Source: Octopus sinensis
Lineage: Eukaryota
Assembly: GCF_006345805.1 (NCBI RefSeq)
Contig: NC_043010.1
Span: 868,001-932,000 of the forward strand
Reading direction: 5' to 3'
Length of the DNA: 64,000 nt
Shown here: piece after piece, positions 37,189-51,080 of the stretch
How the letters are laid out: each line of letters starts with the position of its first letter
How positions within the stretch are numbered: position 1 is the stretch's first letter
Position numbers and translations under genes: made by a program
Notes under the pieces: generated by a model
The model's input: the letters and a program-made list of their open reading frames with translations, nothing else
Told to the model about the DNA's origin: nothing
Databases searched by the model: none

Positions 37189-39624
37189 TGGATGTGTCCC
37201 CTCTGTTGTAGCTTGACAGTGTATTCCAGAGGCAGAGACTTTCCTTGATTCCAGACTTGAGTCAAGCCCAGAGTGTGAATCAGCACAAAAGTCTGACATG
37301 TGAGCTTTTTCATACTTTCCTAGATCTGGTACAGCCACTGGAGTTCCGCTTTGAGAGGTCATCTCGTCTGTGTAAAATTTTAGTTGTCTGCTTTCATCCA
37401 CAAATTCACTGGTGTTAGCAAAGTGTGCCGCCCTCTGGTTATTTCTGCGTACTATGCACATGGTAATTGAGACAACAATTGCAATGGACACAATGAGGAT
37501 GGCCACAAGTATTATAATAAACAAATTGATGTGGATTTTTTTGTCTGATTTCGAATAAACAGTAGTCATTAATTTTGTTGTTTTATTGCTCACTGTTAGC
37601 ATCAAAGACATTGTAGTCTTGGCAGAAAGCACTGGTGTTCCACTGTCTTTGACAACAAACTGGAGCTCATAGGAGCCGGCATCATTTTGATAAACAGTAC
37701 GTGAAAATGATAGAACACCACTGTAAGGATTAACTGTAAAAAGCTGCTTATCGTTGCCACTTAGAATTTCGTATTTGAGAAAGGCATTCTCATAACTATC
37801 CCTATCTGATGCTTTCAGAACTGTGATATCATTCTTGCTTTGTGGATGGTAGTGGACATCTAAACTGAAAGGGTTAACACTAGGAAAGCTGAAATATGGT
37901 GCGTTGTCATTCTCATCCATCACTTCAACAATCACATTAGCTGTGTTGTTAAGGGACGGCATACCATTGTCTTTTACTAAAACTTTAAATTCATAAACGT
38001 CCTGTTGTTCTCGATCTAATGATTCAGTAGTTAGAATAAATCCGAAATCCGAAATTTGGAAAGGAAATAAATGGTTTTTGCTTTGCTCTAGATAAAAACT
38101 CAATTGACCTCCCAAGCCTTCATCTTGGTCTGTTGCATTGATAAAACCAACTGGGAAATTTATTTTCTCATTTTCATAGGTCAGAAATCTAAAAGTGTCC
38201 TTCGTAAACTGTGGTCGTACATCATTGACATCCATCACTTGCACAGAGAAAGAATTTTCTGTGTGTAGGGGAGGGGAGCCTTTATCTCGGCAAGTAATGG
38301 TAAAATCAATAGAATGTTCGCGTTCTCTGTCGACAAGATTTTTTATGACTACTTTGTATTTATTTCTTCCTAAGCTCTGAAGCTGGACTTTATCATGGTA
38401 AAGGTCACAGCTGACCTCACCGTTCTGTCCACTGTCATTATCAGTAACTTTTACATAGGCAATGAAACTGCCAATTTTGATTCCTTCAGAAATGGTAACT
38501 GTGTCTCCAGTGGATTCTGAAAAGAAGTTAACTTCCACCGAGGGAGCATTGTTATGTTGGTTGATGATATTTATCAAAACAATTGCGGTCGAACTGAGCG
38601 GTGGACTGCCATTATCACTTGCTTCAATAAACAGTTTATATGTCCGTCTTTTTTCCAAACTAAATTTATTGTTTAGAAATATCTCGCCTGTTCTTGGATC
38701 GAGCCGAAAATAAGTCTTTGTCAAATTTGATGTTTTCGAATTAATGTGGAATAAAAATTTACCATTTTTACCAGAATCAAGGTCTGTTGCAGACATAGTA
38801 ACAAGTGGTGTATCAAAGTGATGTGTATTTTCAAGAGAGACATTATAAATATTCTTTGAGAAGACGGGAGGGTTATCATTAAGATCAGCTACGTTTATAT
38901 GAATATCCAAAAAACCTTGCCTTGAAGGAGAGCCTCCGTCTCTTGCTTTAACTCTCAAGTTATATTTGTCTTTTACTTCTCTGTCTAAACTTACATCTAA
39001 AACAATTCCTAATTTGGCAGTGCCATCAACTGTTTTGGTAACAGATAATTTAAATGGATCATCAACATTTCTTTCCAGCATGTATGTAATTTGTGAATTC
39101 AGAATGCCGACATCTCTGTCAATGGCATTTGGTATAAACTTGACCATTCCCTTCTTATCTCCTTCGTCAAACTGGAGGGTTATGTTTTTAACAGGAAACT
39201 CAGGCTGATGGTCATTAATATCATTTATAATAACTTTCACTTCCAATATCTTAATAAATGAATCCATATTTTGCACAGCAACATCGACGATTCTATAGCA
39301 TTCACTGTTATATTTACATAATGTCTCAGCATCTAGAGTTTGGGCAGTATACAGCTCACCACTCTTAGACACATTAAACATTTCAGTACTCCGACCTTTG
39401 CCTTTCTTTAAATTACTGAACGTAACCATTTTATAGTCAAGAAGATGTGTGTCAGCTGCAATGTTTCCGATGTAAGTGCCGGACAGTTTTTGTTCATCCA
39501 CATGGTAGGTAACATCCAAACACTGGGCACCAATAAATATAAAAATTAGCAGCCACAAGTTAACGAGCTTGCTGTTATTATTGCACAGGAACGCCAACAA
39601 AGAAATATGCAGAGAACACTCCAT
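37189..39624 (-). CDS. PCDH: Protocadherin, large exon: signal peptide, EC1-EC6, transmembrane helix, start of cytoplasmic tail
   Basis: ORF 37168..39624 has six cadherin repeats (DINDHQP, DLNDNPP, NQHNNAP, DVNDVRP, DENDNAP linkers; LDRE and DxD motifs), a C-x5-C in EC1 (CKYNSEC) and a hydrophobic TM (LFIIILVAILIVSIAIVVSITMCIV). CCA|GTAAGT donor at 37188 ends the exon after 812 codons (phase 0). Symbol is family level only. Confidence 0.95.
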
Positions 39625-39627
39625 TAT

Positions 39628-39650
39628 CTGAAATTAGAAAGAAAAAATAT
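39628..39650 (-). promoter_or_regulatory. Splice acceptor 3 nt upstream of the protocadherin ATG
   Basis: Minus strand reads TTTTTTCTTTCTAATTTCAG|ATA ATG: pyrimidine tract, CTAAT branch-like motif and CAG. Confidence 0.6.
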
Positions 39651-39939
39651 ATATATATATCTATATTCATATAAAAATATACACCAACACATACATATGA
39701 GTTGGTATATATATATATTCATATAAAAATACACACACACACATGTATATACATATATATTCATTACACACACGTGTTTATAAAACAAGAGTTGCTATAT
39801 GATAAGAAAGTAGCTTCCCAATCTCATTGTTCAGTATTCAGTTCCACTGCTTGGCACCTTGTCCCCTGCTTGACAACCAGTGTTGGTGTGTTTACATCTC
39901 TGCAACTCAGTGATTTGGCAAAAGAGACTGAAGGAATAA

Positions 39940-40243
39940 GTTGTTTGTTCCTTCTCAAGCCATGTTTGGTTCATAAGGGCCGGTTTCCCAGTTTCCTTGG
40001 CATATAGGTTCCCCACCTGGACGGGACGCTGGTCCATCGCAGGCGAGCTTCTAGATGCAGAAGGAAAGAGTGAGAGAAAGTCGTGGCAAAAGAGTCAGCA
40101 GAGGTTCACCATTAGCTTCTGCCGGAGCCACTTGGAGTTTAGGGGTTTCGCTCATAAACACACACATCATCCGGTCTGAGATTCGAACCCACAATCCCTC
40201 GACTGCAAGTCTGCTGCTCTAACCACTAGGCCATGTGCCTCCA
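39940..40243 (-). mobile_element. SINE family C nested in a family A copy (39815-40365, +)
   Basis: Host A sequence resumes after the insert; GAATAAG repeated on both sides. Confidence 0.85.
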
Positions 40244-40504
40244 TGAGAGAATAAGTACTAGGCTAAAAAAAAAAAGTACTGAGGTTGATTCCTTCAACTA
40301 AAATTCTTCAAGGTAGTACCTCAGTATGGCTGAAGTCTAATGACTGACAGAAATAAAAGAGAATATAAGATTACAAAAATTCTATAATGGTTTTTAATTT
40401 AGGTAAAAAGCCAGTATTTTTGAAGGAAGGGTTAGCTAACTGCAACATCCTCAGTACTCATCCAGTTATTTTAGAATGAAAAGCAAAGTTGCACTCCCAA
40501 ACAG

Positions 40505-41172
40505 TTGAAGGAATCTGGGGTAGAGGTAGACCCAGGAAGACATGGGGTGAGGTCGTCAAGCATGACCTTCGAATGTTGGGACTCACAGAGGCAATATCAA
40601 AAGACCAAGACCTCTGGAGATATGTGGTGACTGAGAAGACCTGAGAAATAAAGTGAGTTCCTGGCTGTGTCCTACACCAGCTTCACATAACCAGCCCCAG
40701 CGCCAGCCCATTCAAAGTACCTTGGATCACAGGACGGCCTGCTGTGCTTACCTTGGATTGTAGGGCAACCTGCCGTGCTTGAGAAGACCTATTCAGTCAA
40801 GGACATCAACATCAAAATAAAAATCAAATGGAAATTGTAGTTGTGATATCTGTGCCAGTGGCATGTAAAAGGCACCATCCAAAGTGGCCGATGCCAGTGC
40901 CGCCTTGAGTGGCTTCAGTGCTGGTGGCACGTAAAAAGCACCAACCAATTGTGGCTGTTGCCAGCCTCCTATAGCCCCTGTGCTGATGGCACGTAAAAAG
41001 CACTCACTACACTCACGAAGTGGCTGGCATTAGGAAGGGCATCCAGCTGTAGAAACATTGCCAGATCGGACTGAAGCCTGGTGCAGCCTCCTGGCTTCCC
41101 AGAACCCGGTCGAACCATCTAACCCATGCCAGCATGGTAAACAGACGTTAATCGATGATGATGATGATGATG
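40505..41172 (+). mobile_element. 5'-truncated RTE LINE (ORF2 end, 3' UTR, (GAT)n tail)
   Basis: GRGRPRKTW..DLWRY coding end, GTGGCACGTAAAAAGCAC subrepeats, AGGAAGGGCATCCAGC, GATGATGAT tail. Confidence 0.85.
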
Positions 41173-41198
41173 AATGTAAAGAGTTAGAAGAAATATTG

Positions 41199-41380
41199 AA
41201 GAAAGGTTAGTCAATTACAACAACCCCAGTACTCAACTGGTACTTATTTCCTTGACCCCCCCCCCCTTCCCACTTCAAAGTCAACTTTGGTGGAATTTGA
41301 ACTCAGAATGTAAAGATGGATAAAACACCACTAAGCATTTTGCCTGACATGCTAACAATTTTGCTAGCTTGTTGCCTTAT
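41199..41380 (-). mobile_element. SINE family B variant
   Basis: 16-bp TSD GTTAGAAGAAATATTG at 41183-41198 and 41381-41396. Confidence 0.85.
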
Positions 41381-42017
41381 GTTAGAAGAAATATTGCAAG
41401 GCATCTCATTCTACTGTTTAACAATTCTGAAAATCCATTGCCATAATAATAATGGTTTCTGATATAAGCACAAGAGCGGCATTTTTGAGGGAAAGGGGTT
41501 AGTTGATTACATCAGCCCTAGTATTTGACTGGTACTTTGTTTTATTGAACCCCAACCAAAAGAATGAAAGACAAAGCTGATTTTGGCAGGATTTAGTTAG
41601 TTAATTTTTGGCTCAAAAAGCAAAAATGCAGAATCTAAACCATCAGAAAAAAAAGAAAAAAAACAGAAATAGGTGCTGGTGTGGCTGTGTGGTAAGAAGC
41701 TTGCTTCTCAACCATATGGTATATATATACCTACTGCATGGCACCTTGGACAAGTGTCTTCTACTGTAGCCTTGGGCCAACCAAAGCCTTGTGAGTGGAT
41801 TTGGTAGACAGACACTGAAAGAATATATATATATATATATATATACATATATTACATATATACATGTATGTGTATGTGTGTGTCTGTCTGTTGCCTCACC
41901 ATCACTTTACAACTGAAGCTGGTGTGTTTTCCTATGAGAGTCTTGAAATTGCATGAGATTCTTCATCCAGATTTTTTCGTTTCTTTGAGTCCCACAAACA
42001 CTTCTCTTATGAGACAT

Positions 42018-42352
42018 TATTACCTCCGAGGTATTGTTTTCAATTGTGTTTGTTTGTTTGTGGACAAGATATCTCAAGAACTGCTGGATGGATTTGGATG
42101 AAACATTCAGGGATGTTTGGCCTCATGACTGGCATGAACTGATTAGATTTTGGGATTGATCTGGTACCAGACAAGGATTTCCGTTTTTCACTTAATTTTT
42201 GAGAGCGATTGGGTTCATTTTTAGTATTCTTGCTTGTGAGAGCACTCGAATTTATTTCAGATATTCTCATTTTAAAAATCATCTCTGGATAATCATTAGG
42301 AGGACGTTGGTTTTGCCTTGGTGGAGGTTTGTGCTCGCTAAGTGCTCTTGTT
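42018..42352 (+). mobile_element. Helentron-associated (HINE/DINE-1-like) non-autonomous element
   Basis: 5' TATTACCTCCG, GTTT microsatellite, 3' subterminal IR GCCTTGGTGGAGGT followed by a short degenerate hairpin, T-rich insertion site. Confidence 0.6.
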
Positions 42353-42724
42353 TTAGATACTTTTGTTGGATAAGCCTACTATTTTGAAAAACAGTTAATA
42401 TAGCCATAGTTTTTAATGTCACAGAAATAAAAAGGAGAGGAAGAGGATATTTCCTAAAGTAGGGCCTGAGTGGTAACGAATTAAAAACTCTAAGCTTGAA
42501 AGCAGAAATTAATATACACTGTTTCTGCATTGCATTAAGTCAGCACACCAAGTTTGGTAAAAGCTTGAGTGGACATTATGAACCCCACAAGAATTTTGCA
42601 TGATTTGGGTCAAAAGTGTTGATCAGTTTCTTCAGTTTTTGGGGGTGATGTTTTTTTTAAAAAACCTTAAAATAAAGATTATTTTTCTTGTTTACTTTAA
42701 AAAAATCAAGAAGTCATAACCTAA

Positions 42725-43112
42725 TACTCTTTTACTCTTTTACTTGTTTCAGTCGTTTGACTGCAGCCATGCTGGAGCACCACCTTTAGTCGAGCAAATC
42801 GACCCCAAGACTTATTCTTTGTAAGCCTAGTACTTATTCTATCGGTCTCTTTTGCCAAACCACTAAGTTACGGGGACATAAACACACCACAAGCGATGTT
42901 GGGGGGACAAACACAGACACTCAAACACACACGTATATATATACTTATATCCGATGGGCTTCTTTCAGTTTCCGTCTACCAAATCCACTCAGAAACTTTG
43001 GTTGGCCCGAGGCTATAGTAGAAGACACTTGCCCAAGGTGCCACGTAGTGGGACTGAACCCGGAACAATGTGGTTGGTAAGCAAGCTACTTACCACACAG
43101 CCACTCCTGTGC
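42725..43112 (-). mobile_element. SINE family A
   Basis: Full copy with partial CpG decay. Confidence 0.9.
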
Positions 43113-43480
43113 CTAAGATATATATCTCATACTTTGAATATAAGAATTGTAATGAATTTTCTAATGGTTGGTATTTTTAAAAACACAATATTTTTTTGCA
43201 ACAAATTAAATTTTGAAGTCTAAACATGTTTCAAAGTATTCATAAATATTTTTGCTTTGATATTCTTATACTTCTTCCCTGTTTCAATAGTTTGAATAGA
43301 ATGACATAAAATGATACTCAGAGTAACAATCCAAGATGCTTCAACCTCTAACTTATAAATAAAAATATATACATAAATATATATATATATATATATATAC
43401 ATACATATATATATATACATATATATATGCATGTATATATAGATATATATATATATATTAGATATAATATATATATATAC

Positions 43481-43531
<51 letters not shown>

Positions 43532-43783
43532 TATATATATAATATATATTATATATATATATATATATACATACTTATATATATATGCACCCCACCTATT
43601 CTTTTATTCTTTTATATGTTTCAGTTCAAAGGCCGTTGCCATGCTGGACCATTGAAGCATTGCCAGTATATATATATATATATATATATATAGTATGTAT
43701 ACCTACATACGCACACACATACACACATGTACATATGTGTATTTGTGTAATATATAGCTTATATATATGTACATATATATATG

Positions 43784-43816
<33 letters not shown>

Positions 43817-44869
43817 AAATATATATAGAACCATATATGTATACGTACACACTCAGAAACCCCCCACCCACAAACACATATCTATATCCTCTTCATTTTT
43901 ATTTGTTTCTTTATCACTTCATTCCTTTCATTTCTTCCATTTCGTTTTTTCGTATAATTCACAATTTCTTCTCATTTTTTTTTTTTTGAAAATTTATTTT
44001 CATTCTTTCCAAGTTTATCATCTCTGTTCCTCTGTTCTTGATAATTATGTTAGTTTCTCTGTGTGTGTGTGTGTGTGTGCATGTAAATTGATATGTATGT
44101 GTGTACATGCATTTATATACAGACATACATATATAGTCCAAAACATACACCCATTTGTGACCATGTGTGCGTGTGTGTGTGTTTGTGTGTGTATGCATGT
44201 GAATACTATTATGTATATGTATGTTGTTAATGGCTATTTGCTTGTGTATTTATTTGAACATGTGTGTCTATGCACATGTATGTGCGTGAGTGTGTGTGTG
44301 TGTGGGGGGGGGCTCAAACATGTTTGCTCTAAGTAAGCGATCCATCGTTGGAGGATGATTGTAAAATGTTCAAACCGCTTGATGAATCTGTCATGTCAGA
44401 TAACAGCCATGATGAATGTCACAGTGCAACATAGATAAGAAACCTATATTTCATTTGCATACACACACACACACATAACAAATGCACTCACATACAACAC
44501 ATGATTCAATTTGTGTTGTTCTTGCACATATACTATACATACATATTACATATATATATGTATATATGTGAGTGTATTTGCATATATATATAAAGGTATA
44601 TATGTAACCATGTATGTATATAAATTCATGACTAATTATATATATATGTGTGTGTGTATATATGTATGTATGCTTCATAAAAAATAGAAAATTTTGTCCT
44701 ATTTTACATATGTATTTTTAAATTTAGGTTTTTTATCGTAACTAATTATTTTTTTATATCTTTTAGCTGTCTTTTTAAATAAAAGTTTTTTTTTTTAAAT
44801 TCTATCTCTTTATTTATTTCTATGTTTGGTAATGTTTCTTGGCATGAGGAAATGGAAATTTTTCTTTAG

Positions 44870-44938
44870 GAGAAATATGCAAATGAGCAACAACGTGTTC
44901 AGTCGTTGATGGATAGCATGAACAGTAAAAATATATAA
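44870..44938 (+). other. Candidate coding exon EKYANEQQRVQSLMDSMNSKNI*
   Basis: TTTTTCTTTAG acceptor, helical-looking peptide, two CpGs kept in a CpG-poor AT-rich area; protein family not recognised. Confidence 0.3.
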
Positions 44939-44972
44939 ACTAAACAAAATAGAATAAAATAAAACCTCGAAC

Positions 44973-45019
<47 letters not shown>

Positions 45020-46124
45020 TAATAATAATAATAATAGTGATAATGATAACAACAACAACAGAATAATATATCGCAAATAAATAAATGACTTCATAAAAGA
45101 AAAACAAAAAAAGAATTACATTTTTCATCTTAAATACATTCTTCTTATTAATTTTATTATCACTGTTATTATTTTTATCATCATCATGATCACAATCATC
45201 ATCATCATTGTTGTCACCATCATTCTTACTATCAATTTTATTATTATTATTGCTGTTGCTGTTGTTGTTGTTCTTTCTTTTCTTTTGCCCCCCCCCCCAC
45301 CATTCCTTCTCTGCCACAATTTTCCAATGATTTTTCATTAATTCTAAGATGGCTGTTGTTGCATACCAAGACTGAATAAAAACTCCTCGGTAGCCATATT
45401 GCTGGTGCTAAAGCTTAGAATTGGCTACATCAATATTTTACATATATACATCAATGTCTATTGAAACTTTACGTGTTACATTATTAAATATTACTTGATT
45501 CAACTGGTTTTATTATTACATGGCTGCAAGGCAGGGTGCAATGACTGCGTGGTTAGCAGAGTTAGCTAAGCAGTCACATGGCTCTAAGTTTGAGTTCCCC
45601 ATGTGACAGTTTGAGCTGCAAGTGTTTCGTGCCTTACCTTGGGGTTTATCAAAACCTGGTGAGCAGAAATTAGTACATGAGCTTGTTGAGAATCTTGTCA
45701 CACACACACACACACTCACGCACATATTCACATACATATAGTGACATTCCTTATGCTAAAAAAATAAAACTTGTTTTATTTAAGCAAAAAAATTATCAAT
45801 ATTATTTGAAGTCCATTTTTCATGCTGGCATGGGTTCGATGATTCCATAGGAGCTGGTAAGCGTGGGGACTGCACCAAACGCCCAGATCTGCTTTGGCAT
45901 AGATTTTACTGTTTGATGCCCTTCCAAACACCAATCACTTTACCAAACATATACAAATTTAATGCACTTTCAACCCTTTCTCAGTATTGTCATATATATA
46001 GCCAAAATTGCAAAGATAATCTGGAACTTGACTGAAGAAAGAAAATTCCAAATGACCCTTCCTTATTTTTTTGGATCATTTGTTTGGATGTTTTGCGTTC
46101 TTGTCCCATTTTTTGTATTCCTTT

Positions 46125-46172
<48 letters not shown>

Positions 46173-46377
46173 CATCGCTAGCTTTACATGATACTAACAG
46201 ACCTATATATCATCTGTGAAATACATAAATCCAAAAGAAGAAGCAATAGATATTAAATATGAAGAAGGCCAGTTTATGGGATTGCCTAAGATTTCCCATC
46301 TTTCCCCATTTTTAATATGATCTCAGTTAAATTGTCCAACCCATGCTAGCATGGAAAGCGGACGTTAAACAATGATG

Positions 46378-46422
<45 letters not shown>

Positions 46423-46426
<4 letters not shown>

Positions 46427-46690
46427 GGTGCATGGCTCAGGGGTTAGGGAGTTGCACTCATGTTTGTGAGAGCGTGGGTTTGATTCCCAGACCAGGCGTT
46501 GCATTGTGTTGTTGAGCAAAGCACTTCATTTCATGTTGCTCTGTGATCATTTTGACTTCTGACATGTGGCATCCAGTTGCACCTGTACAGGTAATGTCAA
46601 TTTGATGGAGAGAGTGAGCTTATATTTATATAAACTTTTAATCACTATAAACAAATCATCTGTGTGATTGTTCGGTAAGAAATTGTCAAA
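46423..46690 (+). mobile_element. SINE family D variant
   Basis: GAAGGTGCATGGCTCAGGGGTTAGG head, GAGCAAAGCACTTCATTTCATGTTGCTC body. Confidence 0.75.
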
Positions 46691-46729
46691 CCCTCATGTG
46701 TTGTCAAATATATATATATATATATACTC

Positions 46730-47656
46730 TTTCTCTTTACTCTTTAACTTGTCATTTGACTGTGGCCATGCTGGAGCACCACCTTTAGTCGAGCAAATCG
46801 ACCCCAGGACCTATACTTTGTAAGCCTAGTACTTATTCTATCAGTCTTTTTTGCTGAACTACTAAGTTACGGGGGCGTAAACATACCACATCGGTGGTCA
46901 AGCGATGTTGGGGAGACAAACACAGATACACAGACATATACACACACATACATATATACATATATATGACAGGCTTCCTTCAGTTTCCGTCTACCAAATC
47001 CACTCATAGGGCTTTGGTCGGCCCAAGGCTATAGTAGAAGACACTTGCCCAAGGTGCCACACAGTGGGACTGAACCCAGAACCAAGTGGTTCGTAAGAAA
47101 GCTACTTATGACACAGCCACTCCTATGCCTATATATATATATATACATATATGTATGTATAAATGCACAAGTGTCTATGTGTTTTTGAGAACAATGTGTA
47201 TTGGAAAACTGTGTAAAAACCAGCAGAAAATGATTGAGAGCTTGAGTTGGCAGAATCAATAAAAACCCAAAGAGAATGTCTTGTAGTTATTTCTCTAGTT
47301 ATATCTTTATATGTCTTGACTTAAATCCTGCTGGTGATCACTCTGCTTCTAATTCCTCCTGGGGCAAGAATATATATACTCTTATAAACACACACATTCA
47401 GACAAACCAGGTACACCTATGTAGATATATGTATACATTTATTCTTTTATATGTTTCAGTCATTTGACTGCAGCCATGCTGGAGCACTACCTTTAGTTGA
47501 CCAAATCGACACTGGGTTTATTCTTTGTAAGTCTAGTACTTATTGTATGGGACTCTTTTGCCGAACCACTAAGTTACAGGAACATAAACACACCAACATC
47601 AGTTGTCAAGCGATGGTGGTGGTGGTGGTGGTGGGCAAACACAGATATACAAACAT

Positions 47657-47689
<33 letters not shown>

Positions 47690-48864
47690 CTATGGGCTTC
47701 TTTCAGCTTCCGTCTACCAAATCCACTCGCAAGGCTTTGGTCGGTCCGAGGTGAGAGTAGAAGACATTTGCCCTGGAACCATGTGGTTGGGAAGCAAGCT
47801 TCTTACCACACACCCACTCCTTCGACTATATATGTATATACATATATGAACATATGTACACTCACTTCATAGATAAATATTTCTACACTCACAGCCATGC
47901 ATATCTTTTACTCTCTCTTATTTGTTTCAGTCAGTTGACAGTGGCCATGCTGGAGCACCACTTTTAGTCGAGCAAATCGATGCCACAACTTATTCTTTGT
48001 AAGCCTGGTACTTGTTCTATCGGTCTCTTTTGCCAAACCACTAAGTTATGGGGACATAAGCACACCACCATCAGTTGTCAAGTGATGTTGGGGTGACAAA
48101 CACAGCCACACAAACATATACACATGCATACATATATATTTGTACATATATACGACAGGCTTTGGTCAGCCCGAGGCTATAGTAGAAGACACTTGCCCAT
48201 GGTGCCATGCAGTGGGAATGAACCCAGAACCATGTGGTTGGTAAGCAAGCTACTTAACACACAGCCACTCCTGCACCTATATATATATATATATATATAC
48301 ATACACATGTATATATACATATATATACATGTATATATACATATATATATATACATGCATAGACAAACACTTTCTTGATTTATTTGGAAGCACAAGATAC
48401 CCCCATTTATGTATGTGTAGGCAAATGTCCATATATGTACACACATGTATGCCATCATTATCAACATTCGATGTCTGCTTGCTCTGCTGGTGTGAATTGG
48501 ACATTTTATATTCTCAGCCAGTTTATTCTTTTTTACATTACAATAATTTCCTACATGGTGTACACATGCATGTGTATGTCTGTGTGTCCATGTATGTGTC
48601 ACTGTGTGCATATGTGTGTCTGTGAGTGTGTGTGCATACATGTATCTTTTATTTTTTATCTTTCACTTGTTTCAGTCATTAGATTTTGGCCATGCTGGGG
48701 CACTCACTTGGATTTTTAGTCAAATGAATCGACCCCAGTAATTTTTTTTAAAGCCTGGTACTTATTCTATCAGTCTCTTTTGCCAAACCACTAAGTTAGA
48801 GGGATGGAAACATCAACACCAGTTGTCAAGTGGTGGTGGTGGAGTGGGACAAACCCCCCCACCA

Positions 48865-48900
<36 letters not shown>

Positions 48901-49100
48901 ATAGATATGCACATATATATTCATATATACATATACGACTGATTTCTTTCAGTTTGCATCTACCAAATCCACTCACAAGGCTTTAGTTGGCCTCAGGCTA
49001 GAGCAGAAGACACTTGCCCAAGGTGCTATGCAGTGGGACTCAACCTGGAACCATGTGGTTGGGAAGCAAGCTTCTTACCACACAGCCATGCTTGTGCCTG
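46730..49100 (-). mobile_element. Cluster of four co-oriented SINE family A copies (about 46730-47130, 47440-47825, 47905-48278, 48660-49100)
   Basis: Four repeats of the tail-body-microsatellite-head motif order. Confidence 0.85.
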
Positions 49101-49364
49101 TATATATGTATGAATTATAATTGCGTGCGCTCACACACAAACACACACAACCTGGTGCAGGCATGGTTTTGAAACTTGCTTCCCGACCACAAGATTTTTA
49201 GCATCAGTGGGTATGCATTTGTCTTCAACTAGAGTCACAGGCTGACCAAAGCCTTGTGAGTGGATTTGGAAGAGAGAAACTGAAAGAAGCCCATATAAAT
49301 GTTTGAAAGAAAGAGGGCAGAATGTGTATATATACAAATATACACACAATATGTGTGTTTTGCT

Positions 49365-49670
49365 GTTTGTTTGTTCCTTCTTGAGCCATGCCTGACTCAT
49401 AAGGGCCAGTTTTCCGGTTTCTTTGGCATATAGGTTCCCCACCTGGATGGGACGCTGGCCTGTCGCAGGAGAGCTGCTAGATGCAGGAGGAAAGAGTGAG
49501 AGAAAGTTGTGGCGAAAGAATCAGCAGAAGTTCACCATTATCTTCTACTCGAGCTGCGTAGAGCTTAGGTATTTTCGCCCATAAACACACACATCGCCCG
49601 GTCTGAGATTCGAACCTGCGATCCCTCGACCGCGAGTCCGCTGCTCTAACCACTAGGCCATGTGCCTCCA
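49365..49670 (-). mobile_element. SINE family C, young copy
   Basis: GTGGAGGCACATGGCCTAGTGGTTAGAGCAGCGGACTCGCGGTCGAGGGATCGCAGGTTCGAATC head; CpG-rich. Confidence 0.9.
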
Positions 49671-49927
49671 CATGTGTGTGTGTGTGCATATCAGTGTTTG
49701 TGACTACCCTTGTCTTCGCCACATGTGATGATTATAAATGAGCATCACCATCATACAAGCAATGTTCTTCATTTCCAGTCTTCCATGGAAAACATTTCTG
49801 GCCATGAAGAAATATTACTTCGCTTGGTGACAGGTGACGATTGGTGACAGGGAGGAAATCCAGTCATAGAAAATCTACCGCAACAAATTCCATTAAACCA
49901 ATGCAAGCATGGCAAAAGTTACAATAA

Positions 49928-50135
49928 CCCTTTTGATACTAACACGACTGAAACCGGCTCTGGCTCTGTAGTACAAATGCTTTGAATTTAAATCTTCCAC
50001 CAAACCTTAGTCACAATTTATGTTCCTAACACTGGCTGAATGATAACTAAGATATTTTACTAAATTCTTTGTTATATTTAAAATAATTAAAAGAAACAAT
50101 GAGCATCTCAAAATATATAAATGTTAATGAAAGGG
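49928..50135. mobile_element. piggyBac-type MITE, second family
   Basis: ATAA|CCCTTT ... GAAAGGG|TTAA termini. Confidence 0.65.
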
Positions 50136-50959
50136 TTAAATGATGGGGATGCCATATAAATCTCACTCACACATTCTAGTTTGGCATTGTGTCTATGGCC
50201 TGATGCTGTTCCTAGTGCCAACCATTTTACAGAATGTATTACAGTGACATGTCTTCAGCATGATAACTTCTTTACATGCACTTCATCATCATCATCATCA
50301 TCATCATTATCATCATCATCATTTTAACATCTACTTTTCCATGGTTGCATGAGTTGCAAGTTTTCTGAAGCAGACTTTCTACTTGCTTGAGGTACCATTT
50401 AGTGGTACTTTAATCTGAAACCATGTAGTTGAGAAGCAAACTTCTTACCACATGACTATGCCTGCACCTGAATGTGTATAAGAGAAAATAGAAAGAGTGA
50501 GGGCAAAGAGAAAAAGTGAGAAAATGTAGGACACAATGGGGGTGTGTTGTATTTCCATTAAAAGGACTTTTTGCAAATGAGTGCATATATGGATGTGCAT
50601 GTATAATTATACATACCTGAATAAATACAGGGTACGCTTGAATGTATATGTATGTATGTTTGTGTAAGTATATTTAGGGATGCAAATGCACGCATGTATA
50701 TGTGTGTGCCTGTGTATATATGGAAATATGTGTGTATACCTGTGTTCATGCACATGTGTGTGTGTATGTTTATATATATATATTCACATACATGAATACA
50801 TACCTACATTTAATATATATATATTTAGAAACCAGTCAGTCTCTTATAGATGTGTGCATGTGTGTAAATTTCTATATATGTACAAAAAAAGACAATGATA
50901 TATATCTATCCCTTTTCATATATATATATATATATATAAAAACTTATGTATGTATGATT

Positions 50960-51001
<42 letters not shown>

Positions 51002-51043
51002 TATATATATATAAATCATACATGCATTGTTTTTATATATATG

Positions 51044-51080
<37 letters not shown>

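Noticed and set aside
40850-41000. Spaced short direct repeats superficially like a CRISPR array (also 59230-59500)
   Set aside because: The spacers are related to each other, the context is a LINE 3' UTR in a eukaryote, and there are no cas genes.
49600-49670. tRNA-like sequences with A and B boxes (also 5053-5127, 27190-27266, 40170-40243)
   Set aside because: They continue into SINE bodies and lack a complete acceptor stem, so they are SINE heads and not tRNA genes.
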